A stretch of 63,672 nt of DNA, filler included, from Collodictyon triciliatum (Eukaryota): assembly GCA_043381765.1 (NCBI GenBank). It is 5 parts of 5 records of this genome, joined end to end, with 100 filler letters (N's around TTAATTAATTAA, not from the genome) between each part and the next. Parts side by side here need not be neighbours in the genome. Positions count along the whole stretch, not along the records: positions 1 to 14,060 come from JBHJMP010001877.1; positions 14,161 to 28,219 come from JBHJMP010001878.1; positions 28,320 to 42,359 come from JBHJMP010001880.1; 2 more parts are not named here. One strand, 5' to 3'. Positions 13,153 through 34,700 of the stretch are shown here, piece after piece. Positions within the stretch are counted from its first letter, which is position 1, and every line of letters starts with the position of its first letter. Below the pieces are notes generated by a model. It did not search any database and was not told the DNA's origin. It saw only the letters and a program-made list of their open reading frames with translations. The position numbers and the translations under genes were made by a program.

Positions 13153-14060
13153 CCTCGACTTCTTTTGCTGTGGAAGTTAATATGGCTCACAACAGGTTGA
13201 TAGTATTTCAATATTTGAAGGCTTCGGCGTCTCCATCGAGAAACAACAAGGTGAGAAAGGCAGGAAAAAAAAACCAGTAGAAAACACTATGGCAATCGCA
13301 GCCGCCATTATGTGTTGGGAGGCGGAGAAGGAATGGCCTCTGATAAACCCATACAGCTCCTCTTCGAAAGGCACAGTTTTTGTGACGTTTCTCGTGTACT
13401 GTGCTTGTGATCAGCCGTATCAAATGGTTTTTTTTGGCTGATCAGTTGTCCTTGGCAAAGCAACGCGCTTCGGGTTGATGTTGAGTTTGCGGGGGTACTA
13501 GCAAACATAATAATACCTCAAAAAACGCCGGGAACTAGCGCATCTTTCGTCTATTTTAGCACCAAGACACGAATCGCTCTCGGTTTCAGTTATTCATTGC
13601 TTCTCTACTTTTGTCGCGCTCCCATCCTTTCTGGTTATCTAGTGCGATATCGCTTTTCATAGTTTTTTTCTTATTTACGACAGACTTAGCTGTTGAGCCC
13701 GTCTCAATAATCTTTCATTCAACCATCAGGCAAGTAGTTCCAAAGAGGTGGGGATGTATGGGAGATAGAAAAAAAAGGAAAATAACAGGGATAAAAATAA
13801 AGAAAAAAGGGAAAAGAGAGGTCCTTGAGGCTTGATAAGAGACGCATGGATTTCTTTTGCGGACGCATGATAGTGTCCCGCGAGCATGAGAAAAAGGGGC
13901 GGGTGATATTGATTGGATGGAGGAGGGAGAATACTGCTTTGATGGCGCAAGGTGTCGAATAGGATGGTGAAAAGAGAAGTGAGGTTCGTTTGATAAGCAC
14001 TAGGTCGAGTGCAAAGAGGACTTCTCTGCATGGTTGACTCACCTCCTTCCAGACCGTATT

Positions 14061-14160
14061 NNNNNNNNNNNNNNNNNNNNNNNNNNNNNNNNNNNNNNNN
14101 NNNNTTAATTAATTAANNNNNNNNNNNNNNNNNNNNNNNNNNNNNNNNNNNNNNNNNNNN
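14061..14160. other. Artificial assembly linker N44-TTAATTAATTAA-N44
   Basis: 100-nt spacer with stop codons in all six frames; the same spacer occurs four times. Confidence 0.98.
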
Positions 14161-14275
14161 ACAAAACAAAACAAAACAAAACAAAACAAAACAAAACAAA
14201 ACAAAACAAAACAAAACAAAACAAAACAAAACAAAACAAAACAAAACAAAACAAAACAAAACAAAACAAAACAAA

Positions 14276-14306
<31 letters not shown>

Positions 14307-14401
14307 CAAAACAAAACAAAACAAAACAAAACAAAACAAAACAAAACAAAACAAAACAAAACAAAACAAAACAAAACAAAACAAAACAAAACAAAACAAA
14401 A
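14161..14401. repeat. (ACAAA)n microsatellite at contig end
   Basis: Direct pentanucleotide array. Confidence 0.97.
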
Positions 14402-14544
14402 ACACCAAAACAACAACTTAACAGAAACGCAAAACATATATGAAGGGTTCATTTTTATATACAATAATCCTCTACATATCTATTTACTTTTTTCCCTTCC
14501 ATTTCGAATACCTATGCACTTATAAACTTGGTCACACTGCGTAG

Positions 14545-16571
<2,027 letters not shown>

Positions 16572-16852
16572 ACTGCTGTTGAGAGCTGTTAAGAGAGATG
16601 CAGTCAGGCCCATCCACAGAGCCGAGGCGAACCACATAAACACAATTGAACCACCCCGCTTTGCAAGGCTGCAGTTGCACTGGTCGTGGATGCAGCGATG
16701 GGATTTATCTACGAGGAAGCAACGTCTGTGGCACAGCAACCGGTAATCATCCAAGAAAAAAGGAGAAAAAAAAGGAGAAAAAAAAGGAGAAAAAAAAGAG
16801 AAAAAAAAGGAGAAAAAAAAGGAAGAAAAAGATTTTGCAACAACAACACAGG

Positions 16853-18897
16853 TCAGTTTGTCGAACCGGCAGAAGAGGTCAGAGACGCTGCGGTTTGTTG
16901 GGGGTTGGGGGTGTGCGACGCTTGTCTCGAAACGCCACCGGCTGTGGGTGTCTGTGTTTGGAGACTTTGGGGCGGAGCAGAACTTTGAGGCTGCAGCGTG
17001 GCGAGCGCAGGGTAGAGGAACTTCACCTGCTGATGAACAATCATCTCGGCGCAGCTGTGCAGGTCGTCGCACATCGGGTCGAGGACGTGGTTCTGCGCAC
17101 CAACACAAGGAAGGAGAAAGTATCCCGTGTGGATGGGTAGGAGCGAGCGGTCAGCGTCTGTTGGTTTGAGGGAGTCGTCTGCTTGCGTGTGTGCATCAGA
17201 ACATGTGTGATGGACGGGCAAACCTTCAGTCGAGAATCCAGTTTCAAGGCCATCTCATAAACAGACCCCTCCCGCGGCCCGCGGTCTTGTTCCTTATCCC
17301 GCATAAATGGAAAGGGTGAGGCATAAAGTATTGCAATGCGAAAGGGAGCATTTCTTCTATTTGGTCACGGCTATGACAAAGACGTCCTTATTTTCTTGTG
17401 TGTGTAGTGGGAATCGATGAGAATGTGGATAATAAGACTTACTTGGTCACATAGCAGAAGTTTGTTGTAGAGATTGGCCAAAGTCTCACACATGGAAAAC
17501 AATACCTCCCGATAATCCAAAGAGCCAGGCTGTCAATACAGATACAATTAGTGCGCAGAAGGGATGCTATGTTAAGGTATTACACATAATGCACCAGCGA
17601 CGATATGGATGCTCTAAATAAATATCTATAGTTGTGTGCAGTCGTTTGTAAAATAAGAATTCAATTACTCTGTTTTATTTTATTTTATTTATTACTTAAG
17701 ATCGAACAAAGTGGTATAACTCGTGCAAAAAGAAATAGAAAAAAGTAGCGTGTGATTTATCAAATGTCTCACGAGATTTGGGATTCGCAAGAGTTCATAC
17801 GCAGGTATTGCGTTTGCGGTGTACGACGGAGGTGGGCTGGGAGATGAAAATGTAGGCTCCGAGCCCTCTGTGTTTCCTCCACGGAGAAGCTTTTTCTGCA
17901 TGTATATTAATGCTAAAGTTCAGAATAGCATGTATCAAAGCATCACTTTTTTAACATATATGTATAATTTTTCTTCTGTATGAACAAAAGCTGCAAGAAG
18001 AAAAAAAAGTAAATGGCGTATATAATCAAAAAGAAAAGAGAACATCAACAAGATACTCACCACCGCAGCCACACCGCGCACAGTCATATTTCCAAAGTGG
18101 GATTCATATTCGTCCATGAGGCGAGTGAGTGCCCGAACACCAGACGGAGAGGAGGAAAGCTGGAGAAAGAGACTGATGCTGAACCCAAGGCAGACCCACT
18201 GCTCGCACCTGCACAAGGACAAACCCACCGAAATAAATATTATCTTTCCAGGCATCCACAAGCGTGGAACAAGAAAAACCTTCAGTGTATCACCACCACA
18301 CCAAAAGACTCATGCAAAAGCAGAAGGTCAATTTTCATTAAAAAAAAATTAGAAAGAAGTGTTGTTCTTTCTTGTCTTGTATTTACTCGGCAAGTTCGCC
18401 TTTTCCCCCTCCTTTTCAAAGAATAAGAAGAAAGTGTGCTGTGCTGTGTTGTATTACCGTTTCTGTAGCTGGTTTGGATCCAGTGTAGACAAGTACTTGT
18501 CAAAGTCGCTTTGCCGGCACAGCACAGAGTCCATCCAAAGCTTCCGATTTCCGCTCTGGTGCATCTTCTGGATGTATTCTTGAAAATAGGAAAAAAAGAA
18601 AAAGAAAAAGAAAAAGAAAAAGAAAAAGAAAAAGAAAAAGAAAAAGAAAAAGAAAAAGAAAAAGAAAAAGAAAAAGAAAAAGAAAAAGATGGCAATGGGC
18701 TCTTCAGTAGACCCAATATTCTGCTTCCAAGCCATTTCGAACGAGGTCCCCACCCTGCAAACAGGCAGGTTCCTTTATGCACAGACAAACAAACAGAAGC
18801 ACTAACCAAGATTCTGCTTGCGGAGGGTCACGAGCTTCTCGACATTCAGCCGCTTTGTTTCCTCCTCTTGTGGCGTCATCCGGTCATCTGTGGACAT
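16853..18897 (-). CDS. Uncharacterised multi-exon protein
   Basis: Spliced reading MSTDD...KLVTLRKQNL|EYIQKMHQSGNRKLWMDSV...LGFSISLFL...ALTRLMDEYE...YELLRIPNL|PGSLDYREVLFSMCETLANLYNKLL...ALKLDSRLK|NHVLDP... with GT-AG junctions. Confidence 0.75.
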
Positions 18898-19378
18898 TTT
18901 CGTCGCCTCACCTACAGAACATATCTGTGTTTGCATCTCTCATCGCTCGCTCCGCTGCCTCATGGCCTCCTGCCTTGCTCTGCGCAGAAGGCTCGCTTGT
19001 GCCGATCTGCTTTTGCGATCAAAGAAAATCCAAGAAACACTGCGAAGAAAATAAATTCCAAAGTTGGACAATCTAGTTACGGTATTATCCATATTAGTAC
19101 ATAGATGGACGTCGTTTTTTTTTTGACCTGGGTTTTGCAAGCGCGAAGGCACGCAGGCTGCAGTCCGCAAAGGCCACCGCAGCAGAAGTAACCCGAGGGA
19201 GACTCGCCTTTGATTCTAAACAAGAGGCAGGGCCGAGTTTCGATACACTTACACAAAAGAAGCGCGACAGAAAGAAACTGTCTAAAGAACTTGACCGCAG
19301 CACTCTATTCCGCTACTGAGCCGCACAAATCCCACACGTCCAGCGGATCTTCGTTCCCTTCTGGCTCGGCTCTCCAAG

Positions 19379-25913
<6,535 letters not shown>

Positions 25914-26299
25914 CGCGCAGCACATCAACAACCCTGCAGTTCTCTGTGGCGTTCTTTTGTCGCTTTTGTATTCTGTGTTCGTTCCGGGAGACTTTAAAGG
26001 CCACACGCAAAAAACATCCTGACTAAATAGATAAAAAAAAAAAAAAACGTACGAAAGCAGCAGCAAACCCAAAAACGTTGTTTCGACTCGAATACAATGG
26101 AGACCGATCAACACAAAGAAATAAGATGCAAGAAAAGAACTACCGTCTTTGCGGTATGTGGTGGATAATATGTCATAAGTATACCTCTCTCCCCTGGGAT
26201 ATCCAAGAGCGAAGAAACGTGCTGCGTCTTTATACTGGGGATGTGCTAACAAGGCATCAATATAGCCAGGCACGCTTTAACGCCGGGGTATTCTCGACC

Positions 26300-28069
26300 A
26301 TGGGAAGGCCAAAGAAAGGTAACAATCGACCGAGTCACCAACCTTCTGCCTCTGCTTCAGCCTCTGCTTCAGCCTCTGGGAAGACTTATAAAGTGTGCGT
26401 ACCTGATCGGGTCGACACTCCGGTTTGTGTACCCTCTACCGCCAAACACTTTTTCTACATTTATCTTGTTTAAGGGATTAGGAACACACCTGAAAAAAAC
26501 AATTATAGGTTCATTCCGCATTTGAATAGTCTTTATTTATTTATTTATTATTTATTTATTTATTTATTATTTATTTATTTATTCACTTATTTTATTTATT
26601 TATTTACTTATTTTTGCATTCGAAATGCGATACGGCACTGATTTCTTGAACAATAATTATGAACAATTAACGACAATTAAGTAAAAGGAAAGGAAAGGAA
26701 AGGAAAGATAAAGAAAAAAAGAAAAAAGGAAGGACACATCCTGACATTTTAATTTATAGATATTATTATGCTTTTAGAAAATGATTGAAGAGCAAAGAAA
26801 GCTTGATGAATTGCTTCTGGAAAAGCTTCTGTTCAGAAAAAAAATGCCAAAGGACGGCTCGTGCCTTGTATGAGTTACAACCCCAACAATTTGATATTCT
26901 ATCCAATAGTATTAATTTAAATTATCATTTTTTTTATCATGCTTTATTTCTGCAGTTCAGAGCAGTCGCCGACCAAGTAAGTTCTATTATTCAATTCTTT
27001 CTGAGAACGATATCGATTGGTTGGCACTGTTTCTCTATTACCCTGTATTCAAACATATTTTAATTGCATAAATTTTATGTAACAACTCTACCCAAGATTT
27101 TCAAGAATCAAATACATCACATTGCTCTTCGTTACCAATGTGTTGACCATATGAGGCGAAACGCGGACATTTTTTCTCCTTTTGCAAGTACAGAGGACGT
27201 CCCCTTCGACATATATCTATCTGGCATGAAGTTGGTATGTTCCTTTACAAACATATTACTCTCGACACGAGAGTCTGGTGTACACGTCAAGTCTGATTAT
27301 TTCAAAACATTTTATCTTCTGTAGACACATACCTGGGGGAGTGATATTGAAATCCAGGCACTCTCTGAAATTTTCGAGTAAGCAATTACATATAGTGCTG
27401 GACGGTGTATGTGCAACGATGATATCCAAACATTTGGATTGAGGAATGTCATTTTTACTTTTCTTTTAACCTTTGATTAAAATTTTAGTGCGGCTTTCCT
27501 GGTATATGAATTGCAAGGCGACCATATTTTAGAGACAAAACTGGGGCGACCTGTAGAATATGCCAAGCGTACCATCCAACTGGCATTTTGTTTTGGAAAC
27601 CATTATGATTCGATTTTTTCCATGGAACATTATGAAAATGTGATCATGTGCCAAGGTTGATGAGTTTCATTTTTAATCGGTACATCAAGTCACAATAACA
27701 CACAGTGAATTAAATTCTTTCAAAACTGTATGAATCTGACACTGCGCTCAAAAATACCATAGAAATTCTCTTTGAGGCTATCCAATTAACTCTCGACATC
27801 AAATTCGAGGAGACTATGAGCCAAGCATATTACAAAGAACTGGATATCAAAGAGTGGAAGTCATACGTCCAGCGTTAGTCCTTAGTTGTCGTTTTCCGCA
27901 TAAACCTGTTTTGGATTATTTGTTTCATATCACTTATTTAAAATTAATTATCTCGACGAACTCTTCTGACATTCATAATACACAACTATGGGGTTGAATC
28001 GAAAAATAGAGCAAGACAGCAGTGATGCACAATTAGCGCGTCAATTATATCAAGAAGATTTAGAAAGAT
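26300..28069 (+). CDS. OTU-domain deubiquitinase (OTUD4/OTUD5-like); 3' end truncated by contig edge
   Basis: Catalytic Cys loop KDGSCL|FRAVADQ, TWGSDIEIQALSEIF and His loop GNHYDSI. Confidence 0.9.
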
Positions 28070-28219
28070 GTATGCGTTTTAGCATACGAACCAACGATAC
28101 CTCTGCATTTTTATTCTCTTTCTCTCTCTCTCTTTCTCTTTCTCTTTCTCTTTCTCTTTCTCTTTCTCTTTCTCTTTCTCTTTCTCTTTCTCTTTCTCTT
28201 TCTCTTTCTCTTTCTCTTT

Positions 28220-28319
28220 NNNNNNNNNNNNNNNNNNNNNNNNNNNNNNNNNNNNNNNNNNNNTTAATTAATTAANNNNNNNNNNNNNNNNNNNNNNNNN
28301 NNNNNNNNNNNNNNNNNNN
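28220..28319. other. Artificial assembly linker N44-TTAATTAATTAA-N44
   Basis: Identical 100-nt spacer. Confidence 0.98.
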
Positions 28320-28718
28320 AAACAATAAAAACAATAAAAACAATAAAAACAATAAAAACAATAAAAACAATAAAAACAATAAAAACAATAAAAACAATAA
28401 AAACAATAAAAACAATAAAAGCAATAAATACAATAAAAAACAATAAAAACAACAACAAAAAAAAAGTGTGGTCAGCAGAGCAGGGGATTTTGAAAGGAAT
28501 AATGAACGAATACATGGTAAATAAATGAATGATTAATAAGTAAAAAAACACAGCAATCCGATAGAAGAAAGAAAAGAGAGACAGGAATGAAGGGTGAAGA
28601 GAGTTATGTGATATTGAGAAAATATGAAAATCACACAAACTGAAAGGTATAATAAAAAAACATTGAGAAATTATGAGAATCCTTTGAACAAGAGAACAAG
28701 AAAAATCAGTTATCAAAC

Positions 28719-31633
28719 CGTGACTTTTCTCCATCGAGTTTCTTAAGTAGGTCCGCGGCTTTATTCATCCGTCCTTCAGTATCAGCAAGACTGGATTTAA
28801 GGGCCTGTGCTTCGGCTGTTCTTTGCTCAAAGTCTTGTTTGAGCCTTTCTACCTTTTCATCCACTTCAGTTAATTCCTTTTCAAGCTGTCCAATACGTGT
28901 TCGACTGGCTTCTAGGGACGCTGTCAATTTTTTCAGATCGTTTGTCAAGGGCTCAATTCGGTCTAACACAGAGGCATACCTATCAAAAAGTATTTAATCG
29001 CTTTTAATTGATTCTAGTCTAACGTATATATAAAAAGAAAAAACAAATGGAATGCAGTTGAAATCAATAACTAGGGACTGAATTTGATTAAAATATCTTA
29101 CGAAACAGTGGCTTTCACCCATTGGGCTATTGGGGCTGCTGCTGCGCTACTACGCTTTGCAGCCTTTTCATCAAAGGAATCCCCTTTCTTTTCGAGAAAC
29201 TTTTCTGTTCGAATGCGATTTTCTATAGCCAAGAGTAAACTTTAGTTAGGTAAAACAAGAAACAAGAAACAAACCACACAAAAAACTCAGAGCGACTAAG
29301 AACGAGCATTCGTAATTTTCATGCTGAATATTACCTCGATTAACATTATCCATATCGAAATTAAGGATATCATCCTTAAGCTTCAACAAGAATGTCTTCA
29401 TCGTTGCCCATGATGTGTCTTGAATACCCATGAGACACATAACACCTTCGAGTATATCTCTGATAACTTCTGGAGGAGCACGTAGTGCACGAATCTCTTG
29501 GATATCTTTTGCACTTATGGAACCAACTGCACTCTTTGCAGATTCTAGTATGGGTTGAATAGATGCAAGTTCAGATTGAATCTTTCCTTGGCGAATCGTT
29601 TGTTCTTTTTCCTCTACAGCTAGTGTGGACGACAATTGTTCGATTTCAGTCCTTTGTTTGCTGGCCTAGTCATATATTGAAGAGTTAGTTTCATATCTAG
29701 ACCGTAAATTAATTGTTATGGAATGCAATCATCTGTGATGGAGCTATTTTACAGAGTTCATGCTCTTTGTAATCTGGCTCAACGCCTGGTCAGCAGCCTT
29801 CTGTTTCTTGTTTAGTTCTTCTTTCTTCTTGGATGCTTCTTTCTTTAACTCATCCACAACGGCCTTTCAGAGTTTTAAAGTTTATATTAGAAGTAGAATA
29901 ATACATATTTTTGTACTTGAGCGAATAAATAAATACCGCAGCATCCTTCAATTTTTTGAGGCCGTTCTGGAGGAAGGTGTATTGCTCCTTCGTGTTTCCG
30001 CTTCGGGCATCTATTCATTCAATCAAATTCAACAAATTCATAATCTTGAGAGAGCAAGGTTATTGGAGTGTAAGTGTACTTATATACATATGAGAACTTG
30101 TATAGTTAATTTATCACCGTATATTCTCGTGTATGTGTTCAGGAAGGCGATATAGTCTCTTGGAGTGGCTCCTCGTTCTACACACCTCTTGTGAATTTCA
30201 ACGAACCGATTGACATGCTCTTTCTTGTCCCCCTTTAGAATAAATGAGCGGTTAATGAAGATGAACTCAGCCTGACCCTTAGATGATAAAAAGGCTACTT
30301 TGATTTCCTTCAAATGGCTTCGAAGCAAGATTCGAGGAACTTGTTTCATTCCTTCGTCAGTCCACGAGTCAAACCACTGTAAAGAACAGATGGTATACAG
30401 AGCTGGATTTGCTTCAGTTCGTTGCTGAAATTCGATATTTGTCGGGTCCATCCTATGAAATCATTATGGCTGATGTATAAAGGAATAAAGGAATAAAGGA
30501 ATAAAGGAATAAAGGAATAAAGGAATAAAGGAATAAAGGAATAAAGGAATAAAGGAATAAAGGAATAAAGGAATAAAGGAATAAAGGAAGAAACGAGCAG
30601 ATAAATATGAATGAGTCAATACCCGAATACCACATGCAGATATTTCTTAATCCTACTGACAAAAAATGCGAAGGTTGTCCCACGAAAGCCTTGGTCTTTA
30701 AGGAGGTCCTGCAGAGATATGAAAAAGAGTATGAGTATCTGAAAATTACTAGACAACTAATCATGTGCTATTTTTCAATATGAATCAGAGCATCCTTGAG
30801 TCGAATAAAAAAAGCTGGAAGATAGAAGATCATGTTATTATATGGAAATTATAATATAATAGATTACTCTCAAAGGAAGTAATAGATTCTCAAGCTCTTC
30901 GCTAGAGTACAGTCCTGGGACTTCACCAGCACTCAAAATACTATTCATAATCTCAAGGAACGTTCTAAGCATAATAATTTATTTTCATCAGAGGATTTCC
31001 TGTTAATTCATACAAGTAAAATTGGACATATTAACAGGGCCACCTTTGAATAATGATTTTAGAAGAGATACAAAAAGCAACAAAAACTTAGGTACCCTTT
31101 AATCATTTGATGGTCTTCCAGGTAAAAAACTGTGTGTTCTCCTTCTACACCAGACTTTGCCAATACAGCCTTCAGGTCCGCATAAAATGCTAATATATCC
31201 CGTTTATTTATGTTTTTTTTTTTTTAAAAAAAAAGAGTTAATTTTATACAGAAAATGACCCAAGGTTCTTGATATCGAAAACTATACTTCTTTTGAAAGT
31301 AGATATGATTACATTTCATATTATAATCGCGGGTAATGTTCGGGGAGTAAAACGTCATTCGCGACATGAAACATGCCAAGGCTACTGATGTTCTTCGACC
31401 AACTCCTCCACGGCCCGCCATCAGCAAAGACCCGCCCTCCGTTGAAAGGACTCGATCAACCCGTGATATGTGCGCCAATATTTCGGGGAATAGGAAAATG
31501 TTGAGCTCTTTGACTTCTCGTTCGTACCCCTGGAGGCCCGTAGCGACGACGACAAGGTAATCTTTTGCCTCGGCCTTTTTCAGTAATTTGACTTTTTCTT
31601 TTTTGTTAGTCGCTATGAACAATCCTTTGAAGC

Positions 31634-31732
<99 letters not shown>

Positions 31733-34700
31733 CTTGCGCATTTGCAGGAGAACCAAAACTAGTAAAGTAGACTTCTTTCAAATCAGCCGATGAACCCCAT
31801 TGTTTTGCAATTGGGGTAATTAGGTTGTCCCATTTCTTTGATTTAAATATGGAAATAAGCATTATAAAGGTTACTCAAACGTAAAAGAGTCATAAATTAT
31901 TCAGGACATGATAGTATTGAAAATAAATGAAAAAAATAAAGGCATAAGAACAAAGTACGTCTTGCGATTGTGTTCCAACTAGTTTGTCTCTAAATATTCT
32001 TTGTGCTTCATAAACCCTAAATATTGTTATAATATTAAACCCAAAAACAAAGTAATTTTGGATGATGTTGTGACATTTAAAACTCATGTTGGTCACAAAG
32101 CATTCCGAACGTGTTTCTTGTAACACTTAATACCATATCTCCATAAAGTCTGCAGAGTTGAAGTCGTATCTCAATAAACCAAAGAGCCATTGAGTCAAAT
32201 CACGGGGCGTGAAGATATAGTGCGGTTGCATATCGACAGTAAATTGTACCTGGTTAGGTTTTTCATTTCGAGAGATTAAGTGGTAAGTACATGAAAAATA
32301 AAAGAAAAAAAAACATCAAAATTCATACCCTTGTCCGCTCATATATCTCCACCATCGATGATGACAACTTGGCAATACTCGAAGGGTCACTAAACCTCTG
32401 CGATGTTTTCAGAGATGAACTTAAGAGCCCCTTTGCCAGTTCAGCGTATATAAGACTCAGTTGATCAGTTGACGGATAATCAATATCTAAATATTTCAAC
32501 AAAACAGGATATTTTAGAAGGAAGCCAAGCAAAATTTAAATAGCCTCTTTATGAAAAAAAAAAAAAAAAAAGGTACTAAGATTATCATGAAAGGCATACA
32601 ATATAGTCGGACAGTGCTGGTGAATCGAGTGTTGAGAGGATGTCGACCAACAGTTGTTGCTGGGTTCATCGACCCAATAATTTGAATATTTGTAATTCCA
32701 ACCCATTCATTATTCGCGTCAAAGAAGCCCTAAAATAGAACATACAATTTGAGTAAAATTGTTCATATGCTACTTTCACATGATTTTTTTTTTTTACTAC
32801 GCACTGTTGTAATTCTTCATTATTATCTTTCTTTTTTAAAAAAGAAACAAGAAAAAAAAAAACGAACCTTATATGTTATCAATTGTTGAAGAAATGATAT
32901 AAGTTGGGATGTTGCATATTTATCTGGTTTAGGCAGGTTCAAATCTTTCAGGTAGAGAATAAGCCTCTCTCCTTCTTTCGGTCTCAGCACACGACCTATT
33001 TGATTTGGTTTATTCCGAGTATTCAAAAGCCATATTCTTGATATTCATTTCCAAAAAAAAATATTTTTTTTTCTTTTACAAAATCTATGCAAGTACCTGT
33101 ATTGCTGCTGATTGCACTAGTCATTTGCATAAGCTTATTAATAACATCGGTCGCTTGGGTCTGTGCATTACAATGGACAGTTGCAACAGAGATATTTGGT
33201 ATTGAGGCGAAACATTTTCTCAGATGCATTCTCTTTCCACAGCCCTAATTACCATGCAAATATTCATTAGAGCCTTGTCTTCATATGAGCAAAGATCCAA
33301 ACGCCGGATTAATATATAGATCAAACCTCTGGGCCAACGATAATGAACGGCTCCATCTTCTTCATCCACGGTTCCAAAACACTTGAAACTCTTTGTACCT
33401 CAGCTGTATTAGCGATGTGACCACCCAATACTTCGCTCGGAGACAGCGATTGCGAAGGACTGTGCTCGTATGTTGCCATGGATTTCCCGGCCCAGAAATT
33501 ATCCTGCAGGGTCGTATGAGTAAATGGTTTTTTTTTTATTTTTTTATTCTTCCTTTCAATTTTGTGCAGAGTAAATGGTTGTTGTTAACAAAGACAATGT
33601 GGAGATCTGCAGCAATTTTCAAAATATTAAGGCAGCCAAAATTAACCAAGATTCTCTTCAAATCTGCAGCCCGAATGCCAGTTTTTTCAAGAACTTCCCT
33701 AGCTAATAAGTTTCGTGCTTCGATGCTCAGATTGCCGCCGAGCCCACGAATGAGACCCACTGCAAATTCTTCCAGGCATTTTGCGTGTGCAACTTGCGAG
33801 AGTCCATTCAAGACAAGGCCGACCTAATACAAGATGGCATACGTATTTTTTTTTAAAATAAAGAAGCTATATGGCCACATATGGAAAAAATGAGTAAGGA
33901 GTATATACCCTTGTAGTTTCGATGATAAATTGGTCCTGCTCAAGAGTATAGTCAAGCATTTTGACAAAATAATCACGAATCCACGGTTCCAGCAACTTTT
34001 TTTCTGACTCAGACTTTGTATTACGAAAATTTCAATAAGTCGTGGTAATTAATATATAAAAACACAGCTTTAGGAAATTATGTATTTTCTGTAGCACATT
34101 ACAGCAGATATATAATCAAAAATCTCATGTGATTACAAGTTGTTGCATCCATGTCTTCATCAGGCCAGGGATATCAACATCCTCATCTGACATGAAAATC
34201 ATACCCATTCTAGATGTTTTTTTTTAAAAAAAAAAAGAAAAGAGAAAAACTGACATTAGTATTCCTATGATTGGTACTGCTCCAATAAACTCGTATCAGT
34301 TTTAGAATATACCTGCTGACCGTAGCTGGTGACGCATAACTTAGACTGTGAGTTTCAAATATAAAGTTGACATTATTTCCAAACTGGATTCGTTCTCCAT
34401 TTGGCATGGTCAAAAGTTTGTTATCATCCAAAACAGAATTGAGCGACTCAACCCACTCTGGGTCGACATCACCATCACACAAAATCCATGACCTGACTTC
34501 GGGCGGCTCTACTACGACCTAAATTACCGAGAAGATGAAAAAAGCAACGGAGCTTAAACTAAAGATGGTTTTAAAAAAGCATAAATTAAAGGAGCTGTTT
34601 TCTTCAAATAATAAAATTATTTTCCACATGTACAAGAATCAAACTTTTCTCGATGCCGATGTTAATATTCCATCATGCCATTCTCGTGTGTCCATATTCA

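Noticed and set aside
14053-14060. AG|ACCGTATT (YRI) before the first gap as the missing PITP 5' exon
   Set aside because: Only 8 nt, and contigs appear size-sorted rather than scaffolded, so continuity across the linker is unsupported.
14105-14116. TTAATTAATTAA palindrome recurring every ~14 kb as a biological motif
   Set aside because: Always centred in 44+44 Ns; it is a synthetic six-frame stop linker.
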